A stretch of 64,000 nucleotides of DNA. Origin: a virus (Duplodnaviria > Caudoviricetes). This document shows, piece after piece, positions 36,432 to 45,302 of this stretch. Both the position numbers and the translations under genes were made by a program. The notes beneath the pieces were generated by a model, which was given only the letters and a program-made list of their open reading frames with translations, was not told where the DNA came from and did no database searches. Each line of letters begins with the position of its first letter. Position 1 is the first letter of the stretch. The stretch is taken from positions 192,658 through 256,657 of IMG/VR virus record IMGVR_UViG_3300014590_000001. One strand, 5' to 3'.

Positions 36432-37487
36432 ATGAAAGAATTTTTAGAAGCTGTTGTCTGCTCTGACTGGCATTTGGAAGGACTCGCAAATCATTTCCCT
36501 AACGATCATGTTGAGCGTCAGTTGGAAACGATAGATCGTATCTACCAGTACGCGATTGAAAACGGAATTGATCATGTGATTATCCCAGGCGATATCACTG
36601 ACAAGTATCGTATGAGCGACGATACAAAATATCTGCTCATGAAATTCTTCATGAAGTATGACGGCATTATTAATTCGTGGTACTGCGGAGGCAACCACGA
36701 TTGGGGCGACAAAACTCAAACCAGTATGGATCTGATTAAAAGTTTCTGTGAGTGGAATTTCTTGAAGACACTCAAGATTATGTTGCGTCCTGAACAAATT
36801 GAAATTGACGGAGTGATTGTTAACTTCCTTCCTCACCCTGCTGAAGAAAGTATCAAACATAAAAAACCGTGTTTGAATTTCTGTCACGTTGAAGCAATCG
36901 GTGCGTTAGGTGATAACGGTCGTCCACTGAAAACGAAAAAAGATATTAAGGTGAACGAACGCGATTACACAATCAGCGGTCACATTCACTTATATCAGGA
37001 TTTAATTAAGAAGCGTTTTCTTTATTGCGGCTCACCTTATCAGAAAACCTACGGTGAAGGATTGCCAAAAGGTTTCGTTCATATCAAAGCGGGATACAAA
37101 GGAAAGAAACTTATTGTCAAACATAAATTCGTTGACAGTAAACCTGGGTTCCGTTTGCAAACTGTTGTGATTGAAGACCAGAAAGATTGGTCGGTGCTTG
37201 AAGCGAATCCTGCAATTCGTTATCGTGTTATTGTTGCAGACGGTGTTCAGATTCCTGCTGATATCCGTGTACGTGTACCGAACATTTCTCTTCTGACTTC
37301 TGCAAATAAAAACGCGGATCTCAATAATATAATGGAAGTAGATATTTCAGAGAAAGTTCTCTCTGACATACATCCTAAAGATGGCTTGAAGCAATTTCTC
37401 AAGGCGTCTGGGATAAAAAAATCTCTGCGCATCGAGGCGGCTAACGAGGTAGATGCAATCCTGTCGGAGATCGGATATAGTGCGTAA
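36432..37487 (+). CDS. SbcD/Mre11/gp47-like metallophosphoesterase nuclease
   Basis: SDWH, PGDITD, GGNHD, GHIH and YCGSP. TCTGTAAA motif upstream at 36392. Confidence 0.9.
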   Translation: MKEFLEAVVCSDWHLEGLANHFPNDHVERQLETIDRIYQYAIENGIDHVIIPGDITDKYRMSDDTKYLLMKFFMKYDGIINSWYCGGNHDWGDKTQTSMDLIKSFCEWNFLKTLKIMLRPEQIEIDGVIVNFLPHPAEESIKHKKPCLNFCHVEAIGALGDNGRPLKTKKDIKVNERDYTISGHIHLYQDLIKKRFLYCGSPYQKTYGEGLPKGFVHIKAGYKGKKLIVKHKFVDSKPGFRLQTVVIEDQKDWSVLEANPAIRYRVIVADGVQIPADIRVRVPNISLLTSANKNADLNNIMEVDISEKVLSDIHPKDGLKQFLKASGIKKSLRIEAANEVDAILSEIGYSA

Positions 37488-37523
37488 CGAAATATTTCTT
37501 TTGAGAAAAATCTTAAATCAAAT

Positions 37524-37531
37524 ACTAATTT
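37524..37531 (+). promoter_or_regulatory. ACTAATTT class 2 promoter motif in AT-rich spacer
   Basis: Upstream of the histone-like gene. Confidence 0.4.
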
Positions 37532-37621
37532 AATTGTAAGAGATTTAATTTCATTTTCTGAATTGAAATAATAATTTCTTTGTGCATAGAGAAATGTTTT
37601 TATTAATGAGGATATACCATC

Positions 37622-38284
37622 ATGGCTAAAGTAAATCGTAAACTGACCAGCCCAACCGATCCGGTTAAAGGCGGTTCTAAGAAAAAAGCATCTACCAAAC
37701 CGGCTACTACTTCCAAGCCGAAAACCACTGGTAAGAAAACCAGCACCAAACCCGCGACCACTGCGAAAGCAAAACCTGGCCGTAAGCCGAAAGAGAAAGA
37801 CGCTGCGGATAAAAAATTCGACAAAGAGCGTAACAAGCATCTGGCAACTCAGCGTAAAAAAGGCAAAGCTGCTTCTCTGGAACAGCGCCTGAAAAAACGT
37901 CTGGAACTGTACAGCAACGGCCTGAAGAAAGCTAAAAAATCTCAGGGTCTGGTTCGTAAACTGCTGGTAGCGCGTCAGAAAGTTGCTCGCGGCAACCTGG
38001 CTGCAAAACAGTCTGCTGCAAAAACCAACCTGCTGGCTCGTCAGAAAGCACGTATGGCGCAGCGTCTGGCTCGTAAGCCAGCAATCGTGAAAGGCAAAAT
38101 CACCACGCCTAAAGCGAAGAAGACCAAAGTGAAAATCGTCAAGCCTACCCTGAAGCCGATGCCGCATCTGAAAGATGGCAAGATCGTGACTACCAAACAC
38201 AAAGGTAAGAAAGGCACTGCCGCTCAGAAGAAAGGCGCAACTCAGGCTGCGAAAACCAAGAAAAAAGGTTCCGTAGAAGTTTAA
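37622..38284 (+). CDS. histone H1/Hc1-like lysine-rich DNA-condensing protein
   Basis: Very K/A/T-rich (KKASTKPATT repeats), GAGGA SD, optimal codons and its own terminator. Confidence 0.7.
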   Translation: MAKVNRKLTSPTDPVKGGSKKKASTKPATTSKPKTTGKKTSTKPATTAKAKPGRKPKEKDAADKKFDKERNKHLATQRKKGKAASLEQRLKKRLELYSNGLKKAKKSQGLVRKLLVARQKVARGNLAAKQSAAKTNLLARQKARMAQRLARKPAIVKGKITTPKAKKTKVKIVKPTLKPMPHLKDGKIVTTKHKGKKGTAAQKKGATQAAKTKKKGSVEV

Positions 38285-38304
38285 TCTTCAACGGCGCTGA
38301 TCAG

Positions 38305-38331
38305 AAAGGAGGGCTTCGGCTCTCCTTTTTT
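38305..38331 (+). terminator. intrinsic terminator
   Basis: aaaGGAGGGC-ttcg-GCTCTCCtttttt. Confidence 0.85.
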
Positions 38332-38422
38332 CGTTTCTGCTGCGAATTTTTATTTTCTGTAAACTCTATTTAGACAGTAATTTAACCGTGTACATTCCGT
38401 AATACATTCGTAGAGGAAAACT

Positions 38423-39697
38423 ATGAAAACTTCTACCAATGAGGCGCAACTCAGTGCTTCTGTAGATTATAACTCCAAGAATATGAACGCACTCCGCAAT
38501 GCGCGAACCGCTACGGAGTTCAAAAAAATTCTGGATGGCGTTGTTGAATCAGTATCATCCGTGAAAGTTCCGCGCAACCTGCTTTCTCTTTCTGCTAAAG
38601 CAATTGAACTTTCTGATATCAAACCTGGCGTTAAGACAGCGCAGACCAAAACTCTGGACTTGAATAGCGTAATTGATATTTCAAAAATCGATCTGAATAA
38701 CGTTCGCGACAAAGCGAAATATAATCGTCAGGTCAATCAGCTTTCTCAGGCAATCGCTGAACTGAATTCCGCTTACACAATCCTGAACAGCAAAGCATTC
38801 ACTGCTTTTAAAGATCAGGGCAAAGCGGCGCAACACCTGCTGAACATCATCAAAGAAGCAACTGACCTGCGCACAAATCTCGTTCGTGTTATGAGCATTG
38901 ACGTTAAGAAAGACGCGCCTCCGGAACACACCAAACTCGCTGGCTCTATTGCAAACTATTTGAAAACCATTCTGAACAAAGAACAGTATTCAAATATTCG
39001 TATTCGTACTTTCGTTGCGTCGGCAGTCGATCCAATTATTTTCCAGACGTATGTTTTCGTCGATAACTTTGTTAACTCTGATGGCATTCATTATCAGAAC
39101 TATGCAGTAGTTATCTCAACGTCTGTTGCAGTCGCTTCCGGTATTTCTGCGAACTACATTACAACTCTGGTTGATGATAAAGTTCCAGGCAGTTTCCCGC
39201 TGGGTCGTACCGTTGAAACTCCTGCGCAAATGAAGAAAGCAATTAACAGCTTGCTTGCTATTGATGGCTTCCTGAACTTCAGCGAACGCAAGCCGATTAA
39301 CAAAGGCACCAATGCTCTGCGTAACACTACAATGTTAGGCGGCGGTAGCGTAATGGTGAAAGGCAAGTCGCTGGAAATCTTCGACAACATTCGCGTACAG
39401 AATGACAAACTTTATGTGCGTCTGGTTCCTGGGTTATCTAAACAAGAACGTCAGATCGCAACCGAAGAAATTCTGGCGCAAGCATCTACCGCATTACGCG
39501 CTGGCATGTCCGGTAAAAACAGTTTGATTCATCGCTTCGTTAAAGGTCGCGGCGGTCGTGAGTTTATCGAAATCGCATTGACCACAAGCGGCGGCGCAGC
39601 GAAAGGAACACTGACGCTGGCGAAAATTGATCAACTGTCTGAAGCGTTAGGTTTAACTAACGATCAGAAACGTCTGCTGAAACAGTCCGTGAAATAA
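38423..39697 (+). CDS. probable virion structural protein
   Basis: Both promoter motifs upstream (38355, 38376), and QLSA and LSLSA sites near the N-terminus. Confidence 0.65.
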   Translation: MKTSTNEAQLSASVDYNSKNMNALRNARTATEFKKILDGVVESVSSVKVPRNLLSLSAKAIELSDIKPGVKTAQTKTLDLNSVIDISKIDLNNVRDKAKYNRQVNQLSQAIAELNSAYTILNSKAFTAFKDQGKAAQHLLNIIKEATDLRTNLVRVMSIDVKKDAPPEHTKLAGSIANYLKTILNKEQYSNIRIRTFVASAVDPIIFQTYVFVDNFVNSDGIHYQNYAVVISTSVAVASGISANYITTLVDDKVPGSFPLGRTVETPAQMKKAINSLLAIDGFLNFSERKPINKGTNALRNTTMLGGGSVMVKGKSLEIFDNIRVQNDKLYVRLVPGLSKQERQIATEEILAQASTALRAGMSGKNSLIHRFVKGRGGREFIEIALTTSGGAAKGTLTLAKIDQLSEALGLTNDQKRLLKQSVK

Positions 39698-40794
39698 TGC
39701 AGCATCACAAAGTAGACCGGACGTTCAAAGAAGGTGCTTATATCGGGCAGTATCGCCCGAACCAAATGAGAAGTGCTTCGCCTTATATTGTTGCGCCGAT
39801 TCTGAAAAAAGTAATCGAAGAAATGATTGCAGCGAAAGCGCCTTTCAAACTGGAACAAAACTTCTGCTTAGTGAACGTCTATTCACCAGACAATGAAATG
39901 TCGATGGGATATTCAGGCATTCCAGATCCGTCCGTCATTATGGTTGATACGGGTTTGGTTTTCACATTCTGTTTGAAAGCACGGCAGAATAGGAAGTTGC
40001 CTACTCCTACTCAGTCAATTGGAATGGCTAAGTATTGGAGACTGTGGGGTGAGAAAAGTGCGAGCGAATATCTGACAATCAGTATTCCTCGTTCTTACGT
40101 GTTTGGTCTGAATGGAAACGGAATTGAATTTCTGAATGTGTTGTACAACACAATTGGAATGGTAACGCGCAACTATGTGCAAAAAGTTTCGACTCCTTCA
40201 TTTACTCCTGCATATGTCACCCACGATATAAGCACGATGGCGGATCTTTATCGCGATCAATCTATTCAGCATATGGTTCGAAATGTCTCTTATGAAGAGT
40301 GGCAATACAACCTGACTGTTTGGAAGAATTATTCTGTTTGTATTTCTCCCGATTTGCTGGATAAAAACTTTCCGCTCTACTTCCTCATGTATTTGAGTAA
40401 CAGTCTGTACATTCCGGATCTCGGAAAGACAGCAACTGAATATGTGGAAACGAAAGTATCAGAATTTCTGGCGCGTGGCTTCATGAAAATGAGCGCAACA
40501 ATCGTAACCGGATATCCTGAAGATAGCCCCGAACTGTATGCAGCGTTATATGCTCTGGTAGGTGAAGCGCAGGACGCTTCGGAAATGGAAGCGAATCAGG
40601 TTGGGCGTGTGAACTTTACTCGCGCTTTCTTTTACAAACTGATGCAGAATTTCCAAAACCTTCCGGAGTATCAATCGAAGATCGTTCAGTACCTTTCTTC
40701 GAATCACACTGCGATGGCAAAAGCGTTTATCTCAGGTTCGTACAACGAGCAATTGAAAAATTTAATTGCTTACATCAATCTGACAGAGGTGTGA
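39697..40794 (+). CDS. hypothetical (probable virion) protein
   Basis: TAATG coupling, 365 aa. Confidence 0.75.
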   Translation: MQHHKVDRTFKEGAYIGQYRPNQMRSASPYIVAPILKKVIEEMIAAKAPFKLEQNFCLVNVYSPDNEMSMGYSGIPDPSVIMVDTGLVFTFCLKARQNRKLPTPTQSIGMAKYWRLWGEKSASEYLTISIPRSYVFGLNGNGIEFLNVLYNTIGMVTRNYVQKVSTPSFTPAYVTHDISTMADLYRDQSIQHMVRNVSYEEWQYNLTVWKNYSVCISPDLLDKNFPLYFLMYLSNSLYIPDLGKTATEYVETKVSEFLARGFMKMSATIVTGYPEDSPELYAALYALVGEAQDASEMEANQVGRVNFTRAFFYKLMQNFQNLPEYQSKIVQYLSSNHTAMAKAFISGSYNEQLKNLIAYINLTEV

Positions 40795-40795
40795 T

Positions 40796-41953
40796 ATGCG
40801 TGTAGTAGAAGGCAACGTTATCTCTGTGGATGAAGTTTTTCTTGATGACAACGACGAACCGATTTACCCGCGCGATGACAGCATGGGGCCAATCGTAACT
40901 CTTATCGATCCGGACGGTGAAATAGTTGCTGAAGTTGTGGCAACCACTTCCGAAATTCCAGGCGGTTGGACGGCAGACCTTGCTGTTCCTGATATGGAAT
41001 TGGTCGATGATACGATCATGACGATTCGCTGGCGCTACGAAACTGAAGAAGGTTTATTACGCGCCAAGCAGGATCTGACTGTAGAACCTGCAATGGAAAA
41101 CCGTGTGACAGATATTGTCTGTCTCTTCGGTGAAGATACAACGTTCGACGTTATGTTGCCTTTCCATTTGAACATTCAAAAGGACGAGTTGAAGTTTCAG
41201 TTATCACTGAACAACGAAATCTTAATGGATAACGTTTCCCACAAAGAAGCGGGTGTTCAAATGACGGCGAACCGTGCGAAGACTTGTTCCTTCAGAGTTC
41301 CATTGTGGGCTGCAAGTTATCGCCTCGAACCAATGTCGTTGATTGCAAAACATCTGCGCGGTGATCGTAAAATTGAACGCATGTACACCTATAAGTTATG
41401 GGTTGTCACTCCGCAAATTCTTATTGCTGCAAGTTTGATTGAAGATCATATCGACAAAGCACGAGCGCGAAATGTGATTCCTGAATTGGAATACACACAA
41501 GCAGATATTCTCGGATATTTGTATCGCGGTCTTGCTCTCTTCAATCAGATTGGCCCTCGCGTTACTGGTTTTTATGGAACCAATATGCAGGGAACAATCA
41601 TGGACGGTTGGGTAACGTGTTCGTGTTATTACGCACTCGCTGCGCAGTTGCAAGCTGAAGGACAACTTGCATTTGATTTTACCGGACAGGTTGTTAACTT
41701 GAATATGGATCGAACTCCTTCTATCGAAGCTGCGTTAGGAAGAATCGAAACTCAGATTCAAGGGCCAGTTACAAACTTGAAACGTTTGCTGACGAAAGCT
41801 GGTGTTAACGATGGCGACGGATCACAAGGCGGTAAAGCAATTGATGGCTCTCGCAGTCTCGGCAGACTCGGAGTTATTAACAGTCCAACTACGAAGTACG
41901 CAACCACTGGCAACCGTAGTATCTGGAATAACGCTCGCTATCGTTCCAACTAA
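40796..41953 (+). CDS. probable virion structural protein (neck/adaptor-like)
   Basis: 385 aa with a beta-rich N-half and helical C-half. GAGGT SD. Confidence 0.6.
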   Translation: MRVVEGNVISVDEVFLDDNDEPIYPRDDSMGPIVTLIDPDGEIVAEVVATTSEIPGGWTADLAVPDMELVDDTIMTIRWRYETEEGLLRAKQDLTVEPAMENRVTDIVCLFGEDTTFDVMLPFHLNIQKDELKFQLSLNNEILMDNVSHKEAGVQMTANRAKTCSFRVPLWAASYRLEPMSLIAKHLRGDRKIERMYTYKLWVVTPQILIAASLIEDHIDKARARNVIPELEYTQADILGYLYRGLALFNQIGPRVTGFYGTNMQGTIMDGWVTCSCYYALAAQLQAEGQLAFDFTGQVVNLNMDRTPSIEAALGRIETQIQGPVTNLKRLLTKAGVNDGDGSQGGKAIDGSRSLGRLGVINSPTTKYATTGNRSIWNNARYRSN

Positions 41954-41965
41954 GTGAACGCAAAT

Positions 41966-41974
41966 ACTAATTTT
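41966..41974 (+). promoter_or_regulatory. ACTAATTTT class 2 promoter motif
   Basis: Upstream of the ATG at 42005. Confidence 0.5.
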
Positions 41975-42004
41975 GAATACGAATCCAATTGGGAGATTTT
42001 TCTG

Positions 42005-42808
42005 ATGCAAACTACTATTAAACAGATTGATTCGATTTCTGCGAATCAGTGTGTCGTTCTCGTTCAGGTAACTCACGCTGCTGGCGAAGATATTTCTGAT
42101 AACTTTGCTGGCGTAGTTTCTGAATCAACTTCTCGCGAATTTGTTCCGGTCGCTGGCGCAACTGTAAATATTCAACAGGGGCGCACTCAGAGTTTCGTTC
42201 GCACTATCATGCAACGCGCTACTGACATTCTGCCTCTGGAAGACGCTCGCGAAATGCAAGCGCTGTCTGCAAACATGTATATGGATAAAGCCAAACGCAT
42301 GTGGGCTGTTCGTCATAGCGAAAGCGGTCAGGATATTCTTGTTCGCACTAGCGACATGAACGACACTCAAGAACTGATGGATATGATCCGTTCAGTTTCA
42401 AACGTGAATCCGGCTGGCATTCGCGGCACCAATCCAGACGTTGCTCGCGCAATGGATCGTTTCAATCTGGATCTGGCTGGCGCTCAGGGCGGCGACATGG
42501 TTAGCTATGTTTCCGAATCTGGCGAACTGCGTGTTGGTTTCGTTGTTGCTGAAGTTCAAGACGGCGAAAATCACGGCTTCTCAGTTGTTGATAAAGCTGG
42601 CAACGCTGAAGTGATTTCTTCCCTGTCTATGGTCTGCCTGTTAAACGGCGACGAGATCGAAGAACGTCATTTCCCTGAAATGGATTCTGTTTCCGCTGCT
42701 GGTAGCGCCACCGTTGAAAAACTGGTGAACTACTATCGTCAGGTGTTCAACTACTCGCCGGAGTATATGAGCAAGCTGGAAAACATTATCCGTAATCACG
42801 GCTTCTAA
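42005..42808 (+). CDS. probable abundant virion protein
   Basis: GGGAG SD, own promoter motif and terminator, optimal codons and internal ALSA/SVSA sites. Confidence 0.7.
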   Translation: MQTTIKQIDSISANQCVVLVQVTHAAGEDISDNFAGVVSESTSREFVPVAGATVNIQQGRTQSFVRTIMQRATDILPLEDAREMQALSANMYMDKAKRMWAVRHSESGQDILVRTSDMNDTQELMDMIRSVSNVNPAGIRGTNPDVARAMDRFNLDLAGAQGGDMVSYVSESGELRVGFVVAEVQDGENHGFSVVDKAGNAEVISSLSMVCLLNGDEIEERHFPEMDSVSAAGSATVEKLVNYYRQVFNYSPEYMSKLENIIRNHGF

Positions 42809-42821
42809 GCCTGTACGAAAT

Positions 42822-42848
42822 GGGGGAGCCACAATGGTTCCCCTTTTT
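42822..42848 (+). terminator. intrinsic terminator
   Basis: GGGGAGCCA-caa-TGGTTCCCC-ttttt. Confidence 0.8.
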
Positions 42849-42868
42849 GCATTTAGGGGTAAATTTTT

Positions 42869-43648
42869 ATGCCAGCAATTTCTCTGGACGATTGGGATTC
42901 TTCAGGTTCCGGAAAGTCTCCTAAAAAGAAAAAATCCGGTGCAACTGTCAAAGCAAAATCTACTGCTAAAAAAGCAAAGACTGTTTCGGCGGTGAAGATT
43001 AAAAAGAAAAAGAAAACAAAGAAAGAAGACAAGATTGAAGATTTGAAAGTCGCTCTCGATCCTGTAACGCTCTACGATGAAGCGGCAGCGGCAGGAAAGA
43101 AAGCTACTGATAAAAAGAAGAAAGATCCAAAGGAAAAGAAAAGTAAAAAGAAGCAAGTTCCTGCAACGCTGGATACTGCGGCGCTGGAGAACGAAGCACA
43201 ACAATACATTGAAGCTATTCCTGATATTGTGCGTCAGGAAAACGAACAGATTGATGAATACATTCGTATGTTCGAACAGCTTAAATTGATTGTGCGTAAA
43301 GCTGAAAATCAATATCTGCAAAGTGGGCAAGGCCGTGACCTTTATCCGCTTATGCAAGTGTACAACCAAATGCGCGAACTGATTGCTGACTTACGCGCTC
43401 TGCGTGATGTTGGTCAGTTAGGCGAAGTAATCAGTACGGAAGTTGTCACACCGTTTGCGCAGTTAGGCGGTAACGGACTCGTTAAGATGGCGCAGGAAAT
43501 TAACGCATGGATCAAATCCAACTGCGATGACCTGTCAATGATCGAAAACAGTAAGACCGCAATCGAAGCAATTTTACGTCGCACCGCAAAAGATTTCCAA
43601 ATCTCTTACGAAGCGGCATTGAATAAAACTATTGAAGTGTTCGGGTAA
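42869..43648 (+). CDS. hypothetical protein, K-rich N-terminus and helical C-terminus
   Basis: 259-aa ORF. Confidence 0.75.
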   Translation: MPAISLDDWDSSGSGKSPKKKKSGATVKAKSTAKKAKTVSAVKIKKKKKTKKEDKIEDLKVALDPVTLYDEAAAAGKKATDKKKKDPKEKKSKKKQVPATLDTAALENEAQQYIEAIPDIVRQENEQIDEYIRMFEQLKLIVRKAENQYLQSGQGRDLYPLMQVYNQMRELIADLRALRDVGQLGEVISTEVVTPFAQLGGNGLVKMAQEINAWIKSNCDDLSMIENSKTAIEAILRRTAKDFQISYEAALNKTIEVFG

Positions 43649-43653
43649 AATCT

Positions 43654-44013
43654 ATGGCGTACAGACCGCGTGGTGGAATTGCTGCTCGTCAAAATGGCGG
43701 GTTCGGGAAACGTTCTACAGCACAACGAATTGCTGGCGTTTCAAGTATGGATCGTTTACGCGCCGGAACAAATGCGCGAATGGAACGTAGCGAGTGGTCG
43801 TCACTGAAAGCTGATATTATGGCTGAACGTGGTTGTGCTTGCGAGAAATGTGGAACACCAACTTCACAATTAATCCTCGATCACATCGTTACTCATGCGC
43901 AGGGCGGCAGCAATGCAAGACGAAACTTAATGCTGGTCTGTTACGAATGCGATAAAAAGAAACTCGGTAGCGCAAACAAACGCGGTTCCAAACTTTTACA
44001 CGGAGGCCGTTAA
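43654..44013 (+). CDS. HNH endonuclease
   Basis: CEKCG...LDHIV....GG.N...NL...CYEC. Confidence 0.85.
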   Translation: MAYRPRGGIAARQNGGFGKRSTAQRIAGVSSMDRLRAGTNARMERSEWSSLKADIMAERGCACEKCGTPTSQLILDHIVTHAQGGSNARRNLMLVCYECDKKKLGSANKRGSKLLHGGR

Positions 44014-44781
44014 GTGATTAAAGCAAAAGACTACGGCGCTGGTGATCGTCTGGATGCAAATGCTTTTCCGGATGCTCTTGCGCCTGAATATTTCGAAGCA
44101 TGGACGGCATACGTTGATACTCAAACAGCACAAGATCTTTTCAATAGCGGAAAGAATGGAATGCTGTATGCGGTACAGGGATTTATTAGTGGCCTGAATC
44201 GTACAGTTTCAAAACCTCAGATTCGAAACATTCCTGGGGTTTCAAAAACTTCTCTCGAACGTTATCAATCCTTTTTGAAACTTCGATACAAAGAAGTTAA
44301 TGAGTTCTTTGCGCGTATGCTGGTTCGCCGCAATATGCGTGTTGCCGATGTTCGCACTCGTATCAATTCGATCTACAATCCGGTAGCCAATTGCATTGTG
44401 CTGACGGCTGAAGTCTACATGACTTTTATTCCTATCTCTGCGAAACAAAAGATTGGTGAGATACTGAATGCCAATAAACAATTGTGGTTTTCGGGAAAAA
44501 GTCCTGCCTCAGTATTCAAAACTGATAATTTAACAAAGTTATTAGCTAAATCGGCTCAACAAAATGTTCCCGATACTTATCCGAATTTAGTTTCAGTAAT
44601 CGGTAAGCGGAAGTTAATGGCTGAATGGAACCAATCGTTAGGCGTTGATTGTTGCCGCACAAAAGGAAATTCATTTACCGTTCGCATTCGCTTAGAACAT
44701 CAAATTTTCTTCTTAGGGAAGCACAAGCAATCCGAAGTTGAACGTCTGATTAATCGGAGCATTAAACAAGTCTTCGTTTAG
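44014..44781 (+). CDS. hypothetical protein
   Basis: GTG start after GGAGG. Confidence 0.7.
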   Translation: MIKAKDYGAGDRLDANAFPDALAPEYFEAWTAYVDTQTAQDLFNSGKNGMLYAVQGFISGLNRTVSKPQIRNIPGVSKTSLERYQSFLKLRYKEVNEFFARMLVRRNMRVADVRTRINSIYNPVANCIVLTAEVYMTFIPISAKQKIGEILNANKQLWFSGKSPASVFKTDNLTKLLAKSAQQNVPDTYPNLVSVIGKRKLMAEWNQSLGVDCCRTKGNSFTVRIRLEHQIFFLGKHKQSEVERLINRSIKQVFV

Positions 44782-44791
44782 GAGAAGAAAC

Positions 44792-45292
44792 GTGTCACAA
44801 CAAAACTTTCAATCTTCATTGAAAACTCTGTTAGGTGAGCTTGCGCGATCCAACAGAGGATACAGTGTGATTGCAGGTAGTTTGCAGGAATCTCTTTCTG
44901 CTGATCTGCCAGCTATCGCGCTTCCCGATTCTGTCATTACTCTGATGGATATGGGTATCATCGAAAGCAAGATCGCGTACACGCAAGAAGACCTGCTTGC
45001 GATTCTGGCTAAAAGTTCCGATATTCTTCTCGCCATTAAATCGGCCTCCGAAGCAGAAGACGGAAATGATTTAAGTCTGTCAGATCACATCGCGCACTAT
45101 AAAGAAGAACTTGAACCGAAAACGAACAAGGAACTTCTCGATTACGATCTGAAAGATTCTTTCGCTGCGTTGGCTTCAGATGCTGAACGTTACGCACTCG
45201 CAATGGTATTAAACGATATGGCAACTGATCGCAAAATTGTAAATCAACCATATCTGTGGCGTTCCATTCTCAACAATCGCGGGAAACTGTAG
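44792..45292 (+). CDS. hypothetical protein
   Basis: AGGAG SD and an internal ESLSA site. Confidence 0.7.
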   Translation: MSQQNFQSSLKTLLGELARSNRGYSVIAGSLQESLSADLPAIALPDSVITLMDMGIIESKIAYTQEDLLAILAKSSDILLAIKSASEAEDGNDLSLSDHIAHYKEELEPKTNKELLDYDLKDSFAALASDAERYALAMVLNDMATDRKIVNQPYLWRSILNNRGKL

Positions 45293-45302
45293 GGAATAAA
45301 TA

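Noticed and set aside
37247-38200. 317-aa minus-strand ORF
   Set aside because: F/L-rich shadow of the lysine-rich gene with biased codons.
43654-44013. HNH as an intron-borne or mobile homing endonuclease
   Set aside because: It is short, tightly embedded in an operon and interrupts no gene. No intron structure is visible, so a packaging-type HNH is more likely.
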